DNA from: Candidatus Altiarchaeota archaeon
GTDB lineage: Archaea; Altiarchaeota; Altiarchaeia; IMC4; SCGC-AAA252-I15
Length of the DNA: 18,973 bases
Assembly: GCA_043800705.1 (NCBI GenBank)
Contig: JAZDMS010000033.1
Span: 1 to 18,973 of the forward strand
Direction of reading: 5' to 3'
A program made the position numbers and the translations under genes. Position 1 is the stretch's first letter, and every line of letters begins with the position of its first letter. The notes below the pieces were generated by a model. It did no database searches and was not told where the DNA came from. It saw only the letters and a program-made list of their open reading frames with translations. Below are positions 1-8,600 of this stretch, piece after piece.

Positions 1-1
1 G

Positions 2-1885
2 GCCGACAGGCTCAGGAAGACCCCGGACGAGGTCCTTCTGGAATTCGACGAGATCCTCAACAACATGGGCATCCTAACCGTCGTGGAGAATCCCAAGTTT
101 CACATTCGCTTTCGCAACATCCCGAAGGAGAAGGGATATACCGTCGCTGTAAGGAACATTACGACCGAATACATCGGCAGGTTCCTCGCAGTCGATGGGC
201 TCGTCAACAGGATAAGCGACGTGTTCCCGAAGGTGTCAAGCGCCCTTTTCGTCTGCAACCGCTGCGACGAGCACAACTGGCTGCAGCAGGACAAGCGGAT
301 ACTCATCGAGCCGGTACGCTGCCGCTCATGCGGGAAGACCGACTTCAGGTTCATACCCGAGGAGAGCAAATGGATCGATGTCCAGCGGCTTGAGATACAG
401 GAGCCGCTGGAGCTCCTCAAGGGGGGCGAGCAGGCAAGGAAGATTGAGTTGTGGGTCGAGGGGGACATGACCGACGTAGTCACGGCGGGGGACAAGGTCC
501 TGGTGAGCGGAACCGTCAGGCTCAAGCCGCCCAAGCTGAAGGGCTCCGTCTACGACAAGTTCCTCGAAGTGAACCACATAGAGCCCGTGGAGAAGGAGTT
601 CGAGGAGCTGGACATAACCGAAGAGGAGGAGAAGGAGATACACAAGCTCTCCAAGGATCCGAAACTCCACGACAAGATAGTCGACTCCATCGCGCCTTCG
701 ATCTACGGATACCTCGAAGTCAAGGAAGCCATAGCGCTTCAGCTTTTCGGGGGACGGCAGGGCAAGGTCCTCCCGGACGGGACAAAGGCCAGGGGCGACA
801 TACACCTGCTCCTGATCGGAGACCCCGGCGTCGCGAAATCGAGGATCCTCCAGTTCGTCGACCAGATCGCCCCGAAGAGCATCTATGTAACTGGCAAGGG
901 GACGACGGGTGCGGGGCTGACCGCCACAGCGGAGAAGGACGAGATGGCCGAAGGCGCATGGACCCTGAAGGCGGGAGCCCTGGTCCTGGCAGGCGGCGGC
1001 ATCGCAGCCATCGACGAGTTCGACAAGATGGACAAGGAGGACCGCAGCGCCATGCACGAGGCCATGGAGCAGCAGACAATCAGCGTCGCAAAGGCGGGGA
1101 TCATCGCGAAGTTCCAGGCTAACACGAGCATCCTGGCAGCATCGAATCCGAAGTTTTCGAGGTTCGACAACTACAAGCCGCTTGCGGAGCAGTTCGACAT
1201 ACCCCCCACGCTCATCTCCCGATTCGACCTCATATTCCCGATACGCGACATCCTGGACCAGGAAACCGACCGCGCGATCGCCGACAAGATGCTGATGATG
1301 CACCAGTCGGCTGCAGAGATGAAAAAGATCGCACCGATAATCGACGTCGATCTGATGCGCAAATACATCGCATACGCCCGAAAGAACATAAAGCCCGTGT
1401 TGTCGGCGAACACGGCTGAGAAGATAAGGGAATACTACGTCTCCCTTAGGTCCAGGGGGAAGGGCGGGACAGCAGCCGCGACCCCGAGGCAGCTTGAGGC
1501 GCTCGTCAGGCTTTCGGAGGCCTCAGCCAAGCTCAGGCTCTCGAACGAGGTCTCGGTCACGGACGTGGAGCGTGCCATCAAGCTGACGGAGCACGTGCTG
1601 AAGGAGATAGCAACGGACGCGACCACCGGAGAGCTTGACATAGACCGCATCGTCACGGACCATCCCAAGAGCGTCCGCGACAGGATAAGGGCCGTCGAGG
1701 AGACACTGAAGGAGCTGTGCGGCTCATCTTCTGACAACATGGCGAGCCTCGAAGGCATAGTCGACGCGCTGAAGGACAAGAACATCACCAAATACGACGT
1801 CGAAAAGATCCTGGAGGAGCTTCGGAACAAGGGCGTCATCTATACACCCCGCCACGGAAGATACATGTTCACAGAGGAAAGGTAG
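2..1885 (+). CDS. mcm: Replicative MCM helicase, 5'-truncated by the window edge
   Basis: Frame is open from base 2 (ADRLRKTPDEVLLEFDEILNNMG...), so ATG 65 is internal. C4 zinc finger CNRC...CRSC, Walker A GDPGVAKS, Walker B IDEFDKM, AMHEAMEQQTIS, arginine finger SRFD, TPRQLE, C-terminal winged-helix-like tail. Stop TAG 1883-1885. Confidence 0.98.
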   Translation, partial: ADRLRKTPDEVLLEFDEILNNMGILTVVENPKFHIRFRNIPKEKGYTVAVRNITTEYIGRFLAVDGLVNRISDVFPKVSSALFVCNRCDEHNWLQQDKRILIEPVRCRSCGKTDFRFIPEESKWIDVQRLEIQEPLELLKGGEQARKIELWVEGDMTDVVTAGDKVLVSGTVRLKPPKLKGSVYDKFLEVNHIEPVEKEFEELDITEEEEKEIHKLSKDPKLHDKIVDSIAPSIYGYLEVKEAIALQLFGGRQGKVLPDGTKARGDIHLLLIGDPGVAKSRILQFVDQIAPKSIYVTGKGTTGAGLTATAEKDEMAEGAWTLKAGALVLAGGGIAAIDEFDKMDKEDRSAMHEAMEQQTISVAKAGIIAKFQANTSILAASNPKFSRFDNYKPLAEQFDIPPTLISRFDLIFPIRDILDQETDRAIADKMLMMHQSAAEMKKIAPIIDVDLMRKYIAYARKNIKPVLSANTAEKIREYYVSLRSRGKGGTAAATPRQLEALVRLSEASAKLRLSNEVSVTDVERAIKLTEHVLKEIATDATTGELDIDRIVTDHPKSVRDRIRAVEETLKELCGSSSDNMASLEGIVDALKDKNITKYDVEKILEELRNKGVIYTPRHGRYMFTEER

Positions 1886-2503
1886 ATGGGCTTGAAGGCC
1901 GTCCTTTTCGACATGGACGGGACCCTTGTCGACAGCGTGCCCGCGTGGCATATGGCCTTTAACAGTGTCCTGAAGCTGCATGGCAAGCCACCCGTATCCT
2001 ACGAATACTTCTGCACCGACATCCTGGGGCAGAGCGCCCAGGCGGACATCGACAGGTTCTTCCCGTCGCTGTCTGTAGCGGGGCTTACGGGCCATTACGA
2101 GCGGTTCTTCCCGGAGAGCATCTCCACCGTGAGGCTCTTCCCGGCGACTCTTACAGTATTGGAATACCTGGACTCAAGGGGCCTGAAGACCGGCGTAGTG
2201 ACCAATACCCCCAGGGGCCTGATGGAGCAGATACTGGAGACGGTCGGCCTTTCGGGCAGGTTCGGCTCCGCCATCTCCGTCGACGATGTGCCGTCGGGGA
2301 AGCCGCAGCCGGACATGATTCACCGCTCATGCGAGATCCTCAGAATCGAAGAAAAGGACGCCCTCATGGTGGGAGACACGATGATGGACGTGGAGGCCGC
2401 GAAGAAGGCGGGGATGTTGTCTGTCGGCGTCGGTATCCAAGGGGACCTGATGATACGGGACATAGGGGAACTGCCAAAGCTGATGGATGGGCTCGGATTG
2501 TGA
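1886..2503 (+). CDS. HAD-superfamily hydrolase (phosphoglycolate phosphatase-like)
   Basis: Motif I FDMDGT, motif II VVTN, motif III GKPQPD, motif IV VGDTMMD. ATG directly follows the mcm stop (TAGATG). Confidence 0.93.
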   Translation: MGLKAVLFDMDGTLVDSVPAWHMAFNSVLKLHGKPPVSYEYFCTDILGQSAQADIDRFFPSLSVAGLTGHYERFFPESISTVRLFPATLTVLEYLDSRGLKTGVVTNTPRGLMEQILETVGLSGRFGSAISVDDVPSGKPQPDMIHRSCEILRIEEKDALMVGDTMMDVEAAKKAGMLSVGVGIQGDLMIRDIGELPKLMDGLGL

Positions 2504-2531
2504 TTATTTACCTCAAGTCCATATCTATTCC
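2504..2531 (+). promoter_or_regulatory. Putative TATA-type promoter for the Nudix gene
   Basis: TTATTTACC at 2504-2512, beginning 28 nt before ATG 2532; no GGTGA RBS. Confidence 0.5.
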
Positions 2532-3038
2532 ATGATCGAGTATTTCGACGTCGTCGACGAGAACGACCAGGTGGTGGGCCGCGCAAGCCGTGATGAATGT
2601 CATAAGAAGCGTCTTCTGCACAGGAGCGTCATGTTCTTCATACTGGACAAGGACGGCAAGATTTTCGTCAACAAAAGGGTTGCGAATAAGGACTTCTTCG
2701 GCGGACAGTGGAGCATAGTGTTCGGAGGCCACGTCGAATGCGGGGAGCGGTACGACACCGCCCTTGTGAGGGAGGCCGAGGAGGAGGCAGGCCTGAGGTC
2801 GAAGCCGTTCAAGCTGGGATTCTTCAAGAAACGACTTCCCGAGGAGAGGGAGAACGTCTGGGTCTACGGGATCGTTGCGGAGCGCAAGCCGCAGCTGCCG
2901 AAGGAGGAGATAGAGTCAGGCACCTTCATGACGCTGGCGGAGGCGGAGGAAAAGATAAGGAAGGATAAGTTCATCCCCGAAACTCTGCAGCTTCTGCCGA
3001 TGCTCAGGGACTACTTATCCAAGAATCCCGTTCACTGA
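2532..3038 (+). CDS. Nudix hydrolase (YfcD/IDI-1-like subfamily)
   Basis: Nudix box GGHVECGERYDTALVREAEEEAG; N-terminal EYFDVVDENDQVVG...HKKRLLHRSV is typical of this subfamily. Start moved from the track's 2487 (overlaps HAD gene) to ATG 2532. Confidence 0.9.
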   Translation: MIEYFDVVDENDQVVGRASRDECHKKRLLHRSVMFFILDKDGKIFVNKRVANKDFFGGQWSIVFGGHVECGERYDTALVREAEEEAGLRSKPFKLGFFKKRLPEERENVWVYGIVAERKPQLPKEEIESGTFMTLAEAEEKIRKDKFIPETLQLLPMLRDYLSKNPVH

Positions 3039-4021
3039 CCCGCGTCCTGCGGCAGCTGGTATATCATCTGGTTCGAAGGCAGCGCCACGAACTTCGTGTT
3101 CGGGTTCTTGTAAAGCGCCTCCAACACCTGCAGCTGCTTGTAGTCCAACGCCTTCGGATTCTCCCTCATCGCGTCGGCGACGGTCTTCAGCGCCTCGGCC
3201 TCGGCCTTCGCCAGCATGACCTTGGCTTCCACCTCCCCTTTCGCCCTTGCGATGTTGGCCTTCGCATCGCCCTCCGCGACGGCGACCTGCTGGTTGGCGG
3301 TTCCCAGACCCTGCAGCTTCAGCCGTTCGGCCTCCTTCAGCGTCAGGTCGACCTCGTACTGTTTTTTCATGGCTGTCTGTTCCATGGTCTGCTTGTCCTC
3401 TATGGCGCTGGTGATGTCTGTGGGCATGTCTATCTCCCTGACGAGGACCTCTTCGAGTATGAAGCCGTCCTTCTCCAGTTCGCCCTTCAATCTGTCGAAT
3501 ATCTCAGTCTGCAGCCTCCCCCTGCCAGGGCCGTAAATCTCGGTGACGGACATTCCGCCTGAGACGTCCCTCACTATCGACCTTATTCTCGGCATGATAG
3601 TCCCCCTCCTGTAGTCCGGGGTAAGCTCCTGGACGAGCTTCGGGGCCACGCCCGGCTTTATCCTATAAAGGACCGAGACATCGGTGGTGACGAGGAGGCC
3701 CTCCTTGGTGGGCGCGGTCACCGGCACGTCATCCCCGCCGGGATAGAGGTTGACTGTGTCCCTTGCGGTCTTTACCATGTAGACCTTCGTCACGATCGGG
3801 AGCTTGAAGCTCCATCCCGGCTCCCTGACCCTGTCCATGTTTATCCCGCCCCAGGCGTTGTAGTCGACGCCCACGTATCCGGGCTGTACGACGACCAGGA
3901 CGTCGAATATCGAGGACAAAAGGAGGATCGCGATGAAGAACCCCGCAACCGCTGTTAGAACCCACTTGCCTATCCTAGACCCGTCGACGGCTTCGACGCC
4001 GTCCATACTGTATCTGACCAT
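3032..4021 (-). CDS. SPFH/band-7 (prohibitin-like) membrane protein
   Basis: N-terminal TM helix, VVQPGYVGV, TKEGLLVTTDVSVLYRI, LEEVLVREIDMP, Ala-rich coiled-coil tail (AEGDAKANIARAKGEVEAKVMLAKAEAEA). Confidence 0.92.
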   Translation of the reverse strand: MVRYSMDGVEAVDGSRIGKWVLTAVAGFFIAILLLSSIFDVLVVVQPGYVGVDYNAWGGINMDRVREPGWSFKLPIVTKVYMVKTARDTVNLYPGGDDVPVTAPTKEGLLVTTDVSVLYRIKPGVAPKLVQELTPDYRRGTIMPRIRSIVRDVSGGMSVTEIYGPGRGRLQTEIFDRLKGELEKDGFILEEVLVREIDMPTDITSAIEDKQTMEQTAMKKQYEVDLTLKEAERLKLQGLGTANQQVAVAEGDAKANIARAKGEVEAKVMLAKAEAEALKTVADAMRENPKALDYKQLQVLEALYKNPNTKFVALPSNQMIYQLPQDAGQ

Positions 4022-4095
4022 GAGAGATACTTTATCGTCTCCGATAAAAAGTCCATCATCGGGGTTTTTTTATATTCCGCATCTTAAGCTTATTC
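4022..4095. promoter_or_regulatory. Divergent promoter region SPFH / aroA
   Basis: 74-bp AT-rich gap. TTTATAT 4069-4075 lies ahead of the aroA ATG; TTTTTATC on the minus strand (4050-4043) lies ahead of the SPFH ATG. Inverted repeat TTTATCG-N4-CGATAAA at 4031-4048. Confidence 0.55.
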
Positions 4096-5364
4096 ATGGA
4101 CTTTGTCGTCTCCCCTGTCAAAACGCTGCGAGGCAGCGTCCAGGCTCCTGCAAGCAAGTCATACACCATAAGGGCGGTCCTTTCGGGGCTTTTGGCGGAC
4201 GGTGTGTCGACCATCCGCTGCCCGCTCCTTTCCCGGGACACCGAGGCCGCATTCAACGCGTGCCGGATGTTCGGCGCAAAGGTGGAGGAAGCAGGGGGCG
4301 GGGTGAGGATAACCGGCACCGCGGGGAAGGTCGCGACTCCTAAGGCCGCGCTCGACACGCTGAATTCGGGGACCACGATACGTCTCTGCACAGCGATCGC
4401 ATCGCTGTGCGACGGCGTTGTGTCCCTCACCGGGGACGCGTCCATCTGCAGGAGGCCGATCAAGCCGCTCCTTTTCGCGCTCGCGGACCTCGGAGTGAAG
4501 ACGTCGTCCGACGAAGGCAATCCCCCGGTGACGGTGGAGGGTCCCCTGCGCGGCGGAGTGTGCGAGATCCGCGGCGACGTCTCAAGCCAGTTCATCAGCG
4601 CGCTCCTCATGGCGGCCCCTTATGCGAAGAATGACGTGACCGTGAACATCAGCTCGAAGCTGAAGAGCAGGCCCTACGTGGATCTCACCCTCAACATGCT
4701 GAATCTCTTCAAGGTCGATGTCGAAAACGAAGGATATGCCCGGTTCAAGGTCCCATCCGGCCAGACCTACAAGGCGACGGACTACACGGTCGAAGGGGAC
4801 TTCAGCTCGGCGGCGTTCATCATCTCGGCGGCGGCGCTGACGGGCTCGGAGGTCACGGTAACGAACCTTTTCAGGGATTCCCTTCAGGCCGACAGGAGGA
4901 TAGTCGACATAGTCTCTAAGATGGGGGCGAAGGTCATGGTGGAAGACGACTCGGTCACCGTGAAGTCTGACGGCCGGCTTTCCGGGATACGGGTTGACAT
5001 GTCCGATTCCCCGGATCTCGTGCCGATAGTCTCCGTCCTCGGGGCTCTGGCCGACGGCAGGACGGAGATAGTGAACGCATATCATGCACGGCTGAAGGAG
5101 TGCGACAGGCTGAAGGCGATGGCAAGTGAGCTGAAGAAGCTGGGCGCGGATGTCACTGAGGAGGAGGATGCCCTCCTAATCAACGGGGGCAAATTGAATG
5201 GCGGCAGGGTGGACGGCTGGCTCGATCACAGGATAATCATGTCGATGGCGGTCGCAGGCCTGCGGGCCGATGGAGACGTCGTGATCTCCGGCGCGGAGCA
5301 TGTGGACGTCACCTTCCCGGGCTTCAAGTGCGCCATGGCAGGCTTGGGGGCGAAGATTACCTGA
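4096..5364 (+). CDS. aroA: 3-phosphoshikimate 1-carboxyvinyltransferase (EPSP synthase)
   Basis: PASKSYTIRA, NSGTTIR, SSQFISALL, SRPYVDLT, EGDFSSAAF, RLKECDRL, DHRI motifs; 422 aa. Confidence 0.97.
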   Translation: MDFVVSPVKTLRGSVQAPASKSYTIRAVLSGLLADGVSTIRCPLLSRDTEAAFNACRMFGAKVEEAGGGVRITGTAGKVATPKAALDTLNSGTTIRLCTAIASLCDGVVSLTGDASICRRPIKPLLFALADLGVKTSSDEGNPPVTVEGPLRGGVCEIRGDVSSQFISALLMAAPYAKNDVTVNISSKLKSRPYVDLTLNMLNLFKVDVENEGYARFKVPSGQTYKATDYTVEGDFSSAAFIISAAALTGSEVTVTNLFRDSLQADRRIVDIVSKMGAKVMVEDDSVTVKSDGRLSGIRVDMSDSPDLVPIVSVLGALADGRTEIVNAYHARLKECDRLKAMASELKKLGADVTEEEDALLINGGKLNGGRVDGWLDHRIIMSMAVAGLRADGDVVISGAEHVDVTFPGFKCAMAGLGAKIT

Positions 5365-5393
5365 GCTTATAGACGGAAACATAATGGTATAAC

Positions 5394-6227
5394 ATGGCCC
5401 TTTTAACCTGCGTGATTCCGGCATACAACGAGGAGCGGGTCGCAGAGACCGTGAACGGCCTGCAGAGCGTCCTGAAAGGGGTCGTCGGCTTCGAGATCAT
5501 CGTCGTGGACGACGGCAGCGCCAAACCGGTGGAGCTGAAGGGCGTCACCGTCATCAGGCATCATGTGAACATGGGATACGGGGCCGCGCTGAAGACTGGC
5601 ATGCTTCGGGCCAAGGGGGATCGGATACTCATAATAGACGCAGACGGCACATATCCTGTCGAGGACGTCCCCAAGCTGTTGGATGACGACTACGACATGG
5701 TGGTCGGGGCAAGGACCAAGGTGGATGCTAAAATAGAGCTCTACAGAAGGCCCGCCAAGTGGTTCCTCGGGCGACTGGCGAACTATCTTGCGAGGACCAG
5801 CATCCCCGACCTGAACTCCGGCATGCGGGTCTTCCGCAGGGAGGTCGCGATGAAATACCTCCACCTATACCCCCGGGGCTTCTCCTTCACCACGACCATC
5901 ACACTGGCGATGCTCTGCGACGACTACAGCGTGAAATACGTCCCGGTCGACTACAACGTCCGAAGAGGCAAATCCAAGATCCGGCCGCTCAAGGACGGCC
6001 TCAACTTCATCGCCATCATCCTGCGGACCATACTGTACTTCAACCCCCTGAGGATATTCCTGCCGATCAGCATGGCCATAATAGCGGCGGGGCTTCTCGT
6101 TTTCGCCTACACGTCAATCGTGCTCGGACGCGTCATGGACATAACCGTCGTGACCCTGATACTGTCAGGAGTCCAGGTCGCGCTATTCGGGATGCTCGCA
6201 GAGCTGATTGTGAAGCGGGCTCAATGA
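5394..6227 (+). CDS. Glycosyltransferase family 2 (DPM/DPG synthase-like) with two C-terminal TM helices
   Basis: VIPAYNEE, IIVVDDGS, NMGYGAALKTG, DADG, DLNSGMR motifs; hydrophobic C-terminus. Confidence 0.93.
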   Translation: MALLTCVIPAYNEERVAETVNGLQSVLKGVVGFEIIVVDDGSAKPVELKGVTVIRHHVNMGYGAALKTGMLRAKGDRILIIDADGTYPVEDVPKLLDDDYDMVVGARTKVDAKIELYRRPAKWFLGRLANYLARTSIPDLNSGMRVFRREVAMKYLHLYPRGFSFTTTITLAMLCDDYSVKYVPVDYNVRRGKSKIRPLKDGLNFIAIILRTILYFNPLRIFLPISMAIIAAGLLVFAYTSIVLGRVMDITVVTLILSGVQVALFGMLAELIVKRAQ

Positions 6228-6571
6228 GACAAAGTCTCCCTGTTTTTCCCGTCGACGGAGACAATCTTCGGCTTGTGGTCCTCGGCCTCCTTCTCGTCGA
6301 ACAGTCCGAACGACATTATGATTATTTTATCGCCTACGTTGACGAGTTTCGCAGCCGCCCCGTTGGCTTCGATCGCGCCCTTTCCCCCCTCGATGACGTA
6401 GGTCTCGAAGCGCTCCCCGTTAGTGATGTCCGACACGAGGACCTTCTCCCAGACGCAGAGGCCGACGGCCTCCATCAGGGCCTTGTCGATGGTGATGCTG
6501 CCGACATAGTCTACCCTGCATCCCGTCACCGTGGCACCGTGTATCTTGGACTTTAACATGCTTCTCATCAT
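6221..6571 (-). CDS. panD: Pyruvoyl-dependent aspartate 1-decarboxylase
   Basis: MLKSKIHGATVT, YVG|SITID self-cleavage site, NGERFETY, NGAAA, GDKIII. Start is ATG 6571 or 6568. Confidence 0.96.
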   Translation of the reverse strand: MMRSMLKSKIHGATVTGCRVDYVGSITIDKALMEAVGLCVWEKVLVSDITNGERFETYVIEGGKGAIEANGAAAKLVNVGDKIIIMSFGLFDEKEAEDHKPKIVSVDGKNRETLSH

Positions 6572-6608
6572 TGTTAGTTCATATACTGCCTTGATAAAAT
6601 AATAACAG

Positions 6609-7190
6609 ATGAAGCGGCTTTTGAAGGTTTTTCTGGCGATTGGGGTCGTCCTGTTGTTTGCAGCCGCCTATATTCTGATATTCGGCGTAGTCCCCCTGGA
6701 AGTCCGGCAGTCCTTTGAAGACTTCACGGAGTCTGGCAATCTCAGCATCCTTTGGTCGAAGTCGTGCACGATGGATCTGAGCGACACGGATAACCTGGTA
6801 GTCATGGCGCGTCTTCGGGAAAAAGGCTCTGACGCGGAGCTCGCGTGCTGGTGGAACCGCAAACCGGTCGGGTTCAGGGCGGGTGAGGGGCTGGTTTTTA
6901 ACGGCAGCACAGTCTACATGGATCAGTCCTGGATTGGGTGTGGAAAGGACTCCAACTTCACGCGGAATCTGCGGGAGGCGATATACGGGCCAGGGAGCGT
7001 AATCTATCTGGACGACAGGCCGGCCCGCAGGGAATATGGCACCTACTACGTCCTCGTCTCAAAATGCGCCTCCGGGTGTTGCGCATGCGGATGCAGTGCA
7101 GGGGGGCAGTCCAACCAGACCCCATCCGCCAACGCGACCTCCGCAGCGTATGCGGTCCTGGACGCCAAGACGAAGAGGATATACTGGTGA
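6609..7190 (+). CDS. Hypothetical membrane-anchored/secreted Cys-rich protein
   Basis: 193-aa ORF fills the gap between panD and the fumarase operon. Basic N-terminus plus hydrophobic helix, 8 Cys including CASGCCACGC, five N-X-S/T sequons. Confidence 0.75.
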   Translation: MKRLLKVFLAIGVVLLFAAAYILIFGVVPLEVRQSFEDFTESGNLSILWSKSCTMDLSDTDNLVVMARLREKGSDAELACWWNRKPVGFRAGEGLVFNGSTVYMDQSWIGCGKDSNFTRNLREAIYGPGSVIYLDDRPARREYGTYYVLVSKCASGCCACGCSAGGQSNQTPSANATSAAYAVLDAKTKRIYW

Positions 7191-7203
7191 TACCAGAAAA
7201 AAA

Positions 7204-7752
7204 TCATCGAATGAGCGCATTCAGCCTTTTGGCCGATTCCTCCTCGACCTGTCTGTATAGGTTGCCGCCTCTTGTGTCCATGGCGACTATGAGAGGTAAG
7301 TCTTCGACCTCGAAGAGCCAGAATGCCTCCGGCATCCCGAACTCGGAGAGCTTGTAGACGTCCCGCACTTTTATGATCCTCTCCGCCATGAGGGCTCCCG
7401 CCCCCCCTACGGCGGATAGGTAGACGCATCCGTATCTGGCGAGGGCCTTCCGGGTCTTCTCACCCATTCCCCCCTTCCCTATAACGGCCCGCACACCGAA
7501 CATCCTTATGATGTCCGCCTCGTACGGCTCCTCCCTTATGGAGGTCGTCGGCCCTGCTGACACCGCTTTGCCGTCTTTCACTATGGGGCCGCAGTGGTAG
7601 ATGACGTTCAGCGGGAACGGGGCCTTGCCGCCTTCTATGAGATATTTGTGGGCCATGTCGCGGGCTGTTACGATGTTCCCCGACAGCTCAACCCTGTCCC
7701 CGACGCAGAGCCTTCTTGTGTCATCCTCCGTCAGCGGGGTACGCAGCCTCAC
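7204..7752 (-). CDS. Class I Fe-S fumarate hydratase / tartrate dehydratase family, beta subunit
   Basis: LCVGDRVELSG, TARDMAH, YHCGP, SAGPTTSIR, IGKGGM, GMPEAFW, MDTRG. Start set to GTG 7752, which overlaps the alpha stop (GTGA) and follows a GAGGTGA RBS, rather than the track's 7791. Confidence 0.93.
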   Translation of the reverse strand: MRLRTPLTEDDTRRLCVGDRVELSGNIVTARDMAHKYLIEGGKAPFPLNVIYHCGPIVKDGKAVSAGPTTSIREEPYEADIIRMFGVRAVIGKGGMGEKTRKALARYGCVYLSAVGGAGALMAERIIKVRDVYKLSEFGMPEAFWLFEVEDLPLIVAMDTRGGNLYRQVEEESAKRLNALIR

Positions 7753-8600
7753 AGGCTCACCTCGATGCGGCCTCTTCGGCAGGCCCAGCACATGAAGGAG
7801 ACAGCGACGAAATACGACGCCGGGGCCCGGTGCATCTTCCCCGCCTTCACAGCCAGTGCCGTCGTCTTTCCCCCGAGCCCCATGGGGCCGATACCGAGCG
7901 AGTTGATGTCATCCAGCAGCTTTTTTTCCAGTCCGGCAAGTCTCTGGTCCGGGTTCCGGTCGGAGAGCGTTCGCATGAGCTGTCTCTTGCTCAGCGTCAG
8001 GGTCTCGTCCGCCAATCCACCGATCCCGACGCCGACGACATACGGGGGGCATCCCCTCCCCTGCGCCTTGTGGACGGCGTCCAGCACGCACCTGGCGACT
8101 CCATCCATGTCCCTGCCGGCCTTCAGGGGGGCGTCTGGGAGCCTGTAAAGCTGTGTCATGTTCTCGCTTCCGCCGCCTTTGAGCATAAGTTCGATCCGCA
8201 CCTTTTTCCTGCCCCATTCCCCGAAATGGATTACCGGGAAGCCGATGCCGGTATTGTCCCCGCTGTTGGCGCCTGTCACAGGATCGACGGCGTTTGGTCG
8301 CAGGGGGACGGTGCGTGTAGCGTCTCTCACCGCAGCCAAAATCTCCATCCTGATATTTTCCCTGTCGTAGGCTTTCGGGCTCGTCACATAGAATATGGGC
8401 GTGCCCGTGTCCTGGCACATGGGGCGGGAAAGCCTCCTTGCGGCCTTGATGTTCTCAAGCAGCGTCTCGATTATATCTTTGCCAGTCCCCCGCTCCCTCC
8501 TGTATGCGGTTTCAAGCGCGGATTGCACGTCTTTGGGAAGGCCGGTCGCGCATCTTCTCAGAAGCCCCCCTATGAGCTCACGCATCTTAATACGATTCAC
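7749..8600 (-). CDS. Class I Fe-S fumarate hydratase / tartrate dehydratase family, alpha subunit
   Basis: Fe-S ligand motifs PMCQDTG, GCPPY and CWACRR; KGGGSEN; GIGPMGLGGKTT. GTG start overlaps the malic enzyme stop (GTGA). Confidence 0.94.
   Translation of the reverse strand: MNRIKMRELIGGLLRRCATGLPKDVQSALETAYRRERGTGKDIIETLLENIKAARRLSRPMCQDTGTPIFYVTSPKAYDRENIRMEILAAVRDATRTVPLRPNAVDPVTGANSGDNTGIGFPVIHFGEWGRKKVRIELMLKGGGSENMTQLYRLPDAPLKAGRDMDGVARCVLDAVHKAQGRGCPPYVVGVGIGGLADETLTLSKRQLMRTLSDRNPDQRLAGLEKKLLDDINSLGIGPMGLGGKTTALAVKAGKMHRAPASYFVAVSFMCWACRRGRIEVSL

Noticed and set aside
326-1303. Long antisense and alternate-frame ORFs (326..1303, 451..1122, 5759..6556, 7716..8624, 10619..11317, 16310..16954 and others)
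   Set aside because: They overlap clearly identified genes, have no motifs, and are the expected shadows of GC-rich third-position codon bias.
2-1885. Intein in MCM, or viral/plasmid MCM
   Set aside because: The AAA+ motifs are contiguous with no insertion, and the neighbours and codon usage are chromosomal.
2487-2531. Programmed frameshift fusing HAD and Nudix
   Set aside because: The Nudix frame is open across the HAD stop, but there is no slippery site and the gap has its own TATA-like box and ATG.
2532-3038. Type 1 isopentenyl-diphosphate isomerase
   Set aside because: The N-terminus is similar, but the catalytic Cys region reads SIVFGGH and the Nudix box is intact, so a generic Nudix hydrolase fits better.
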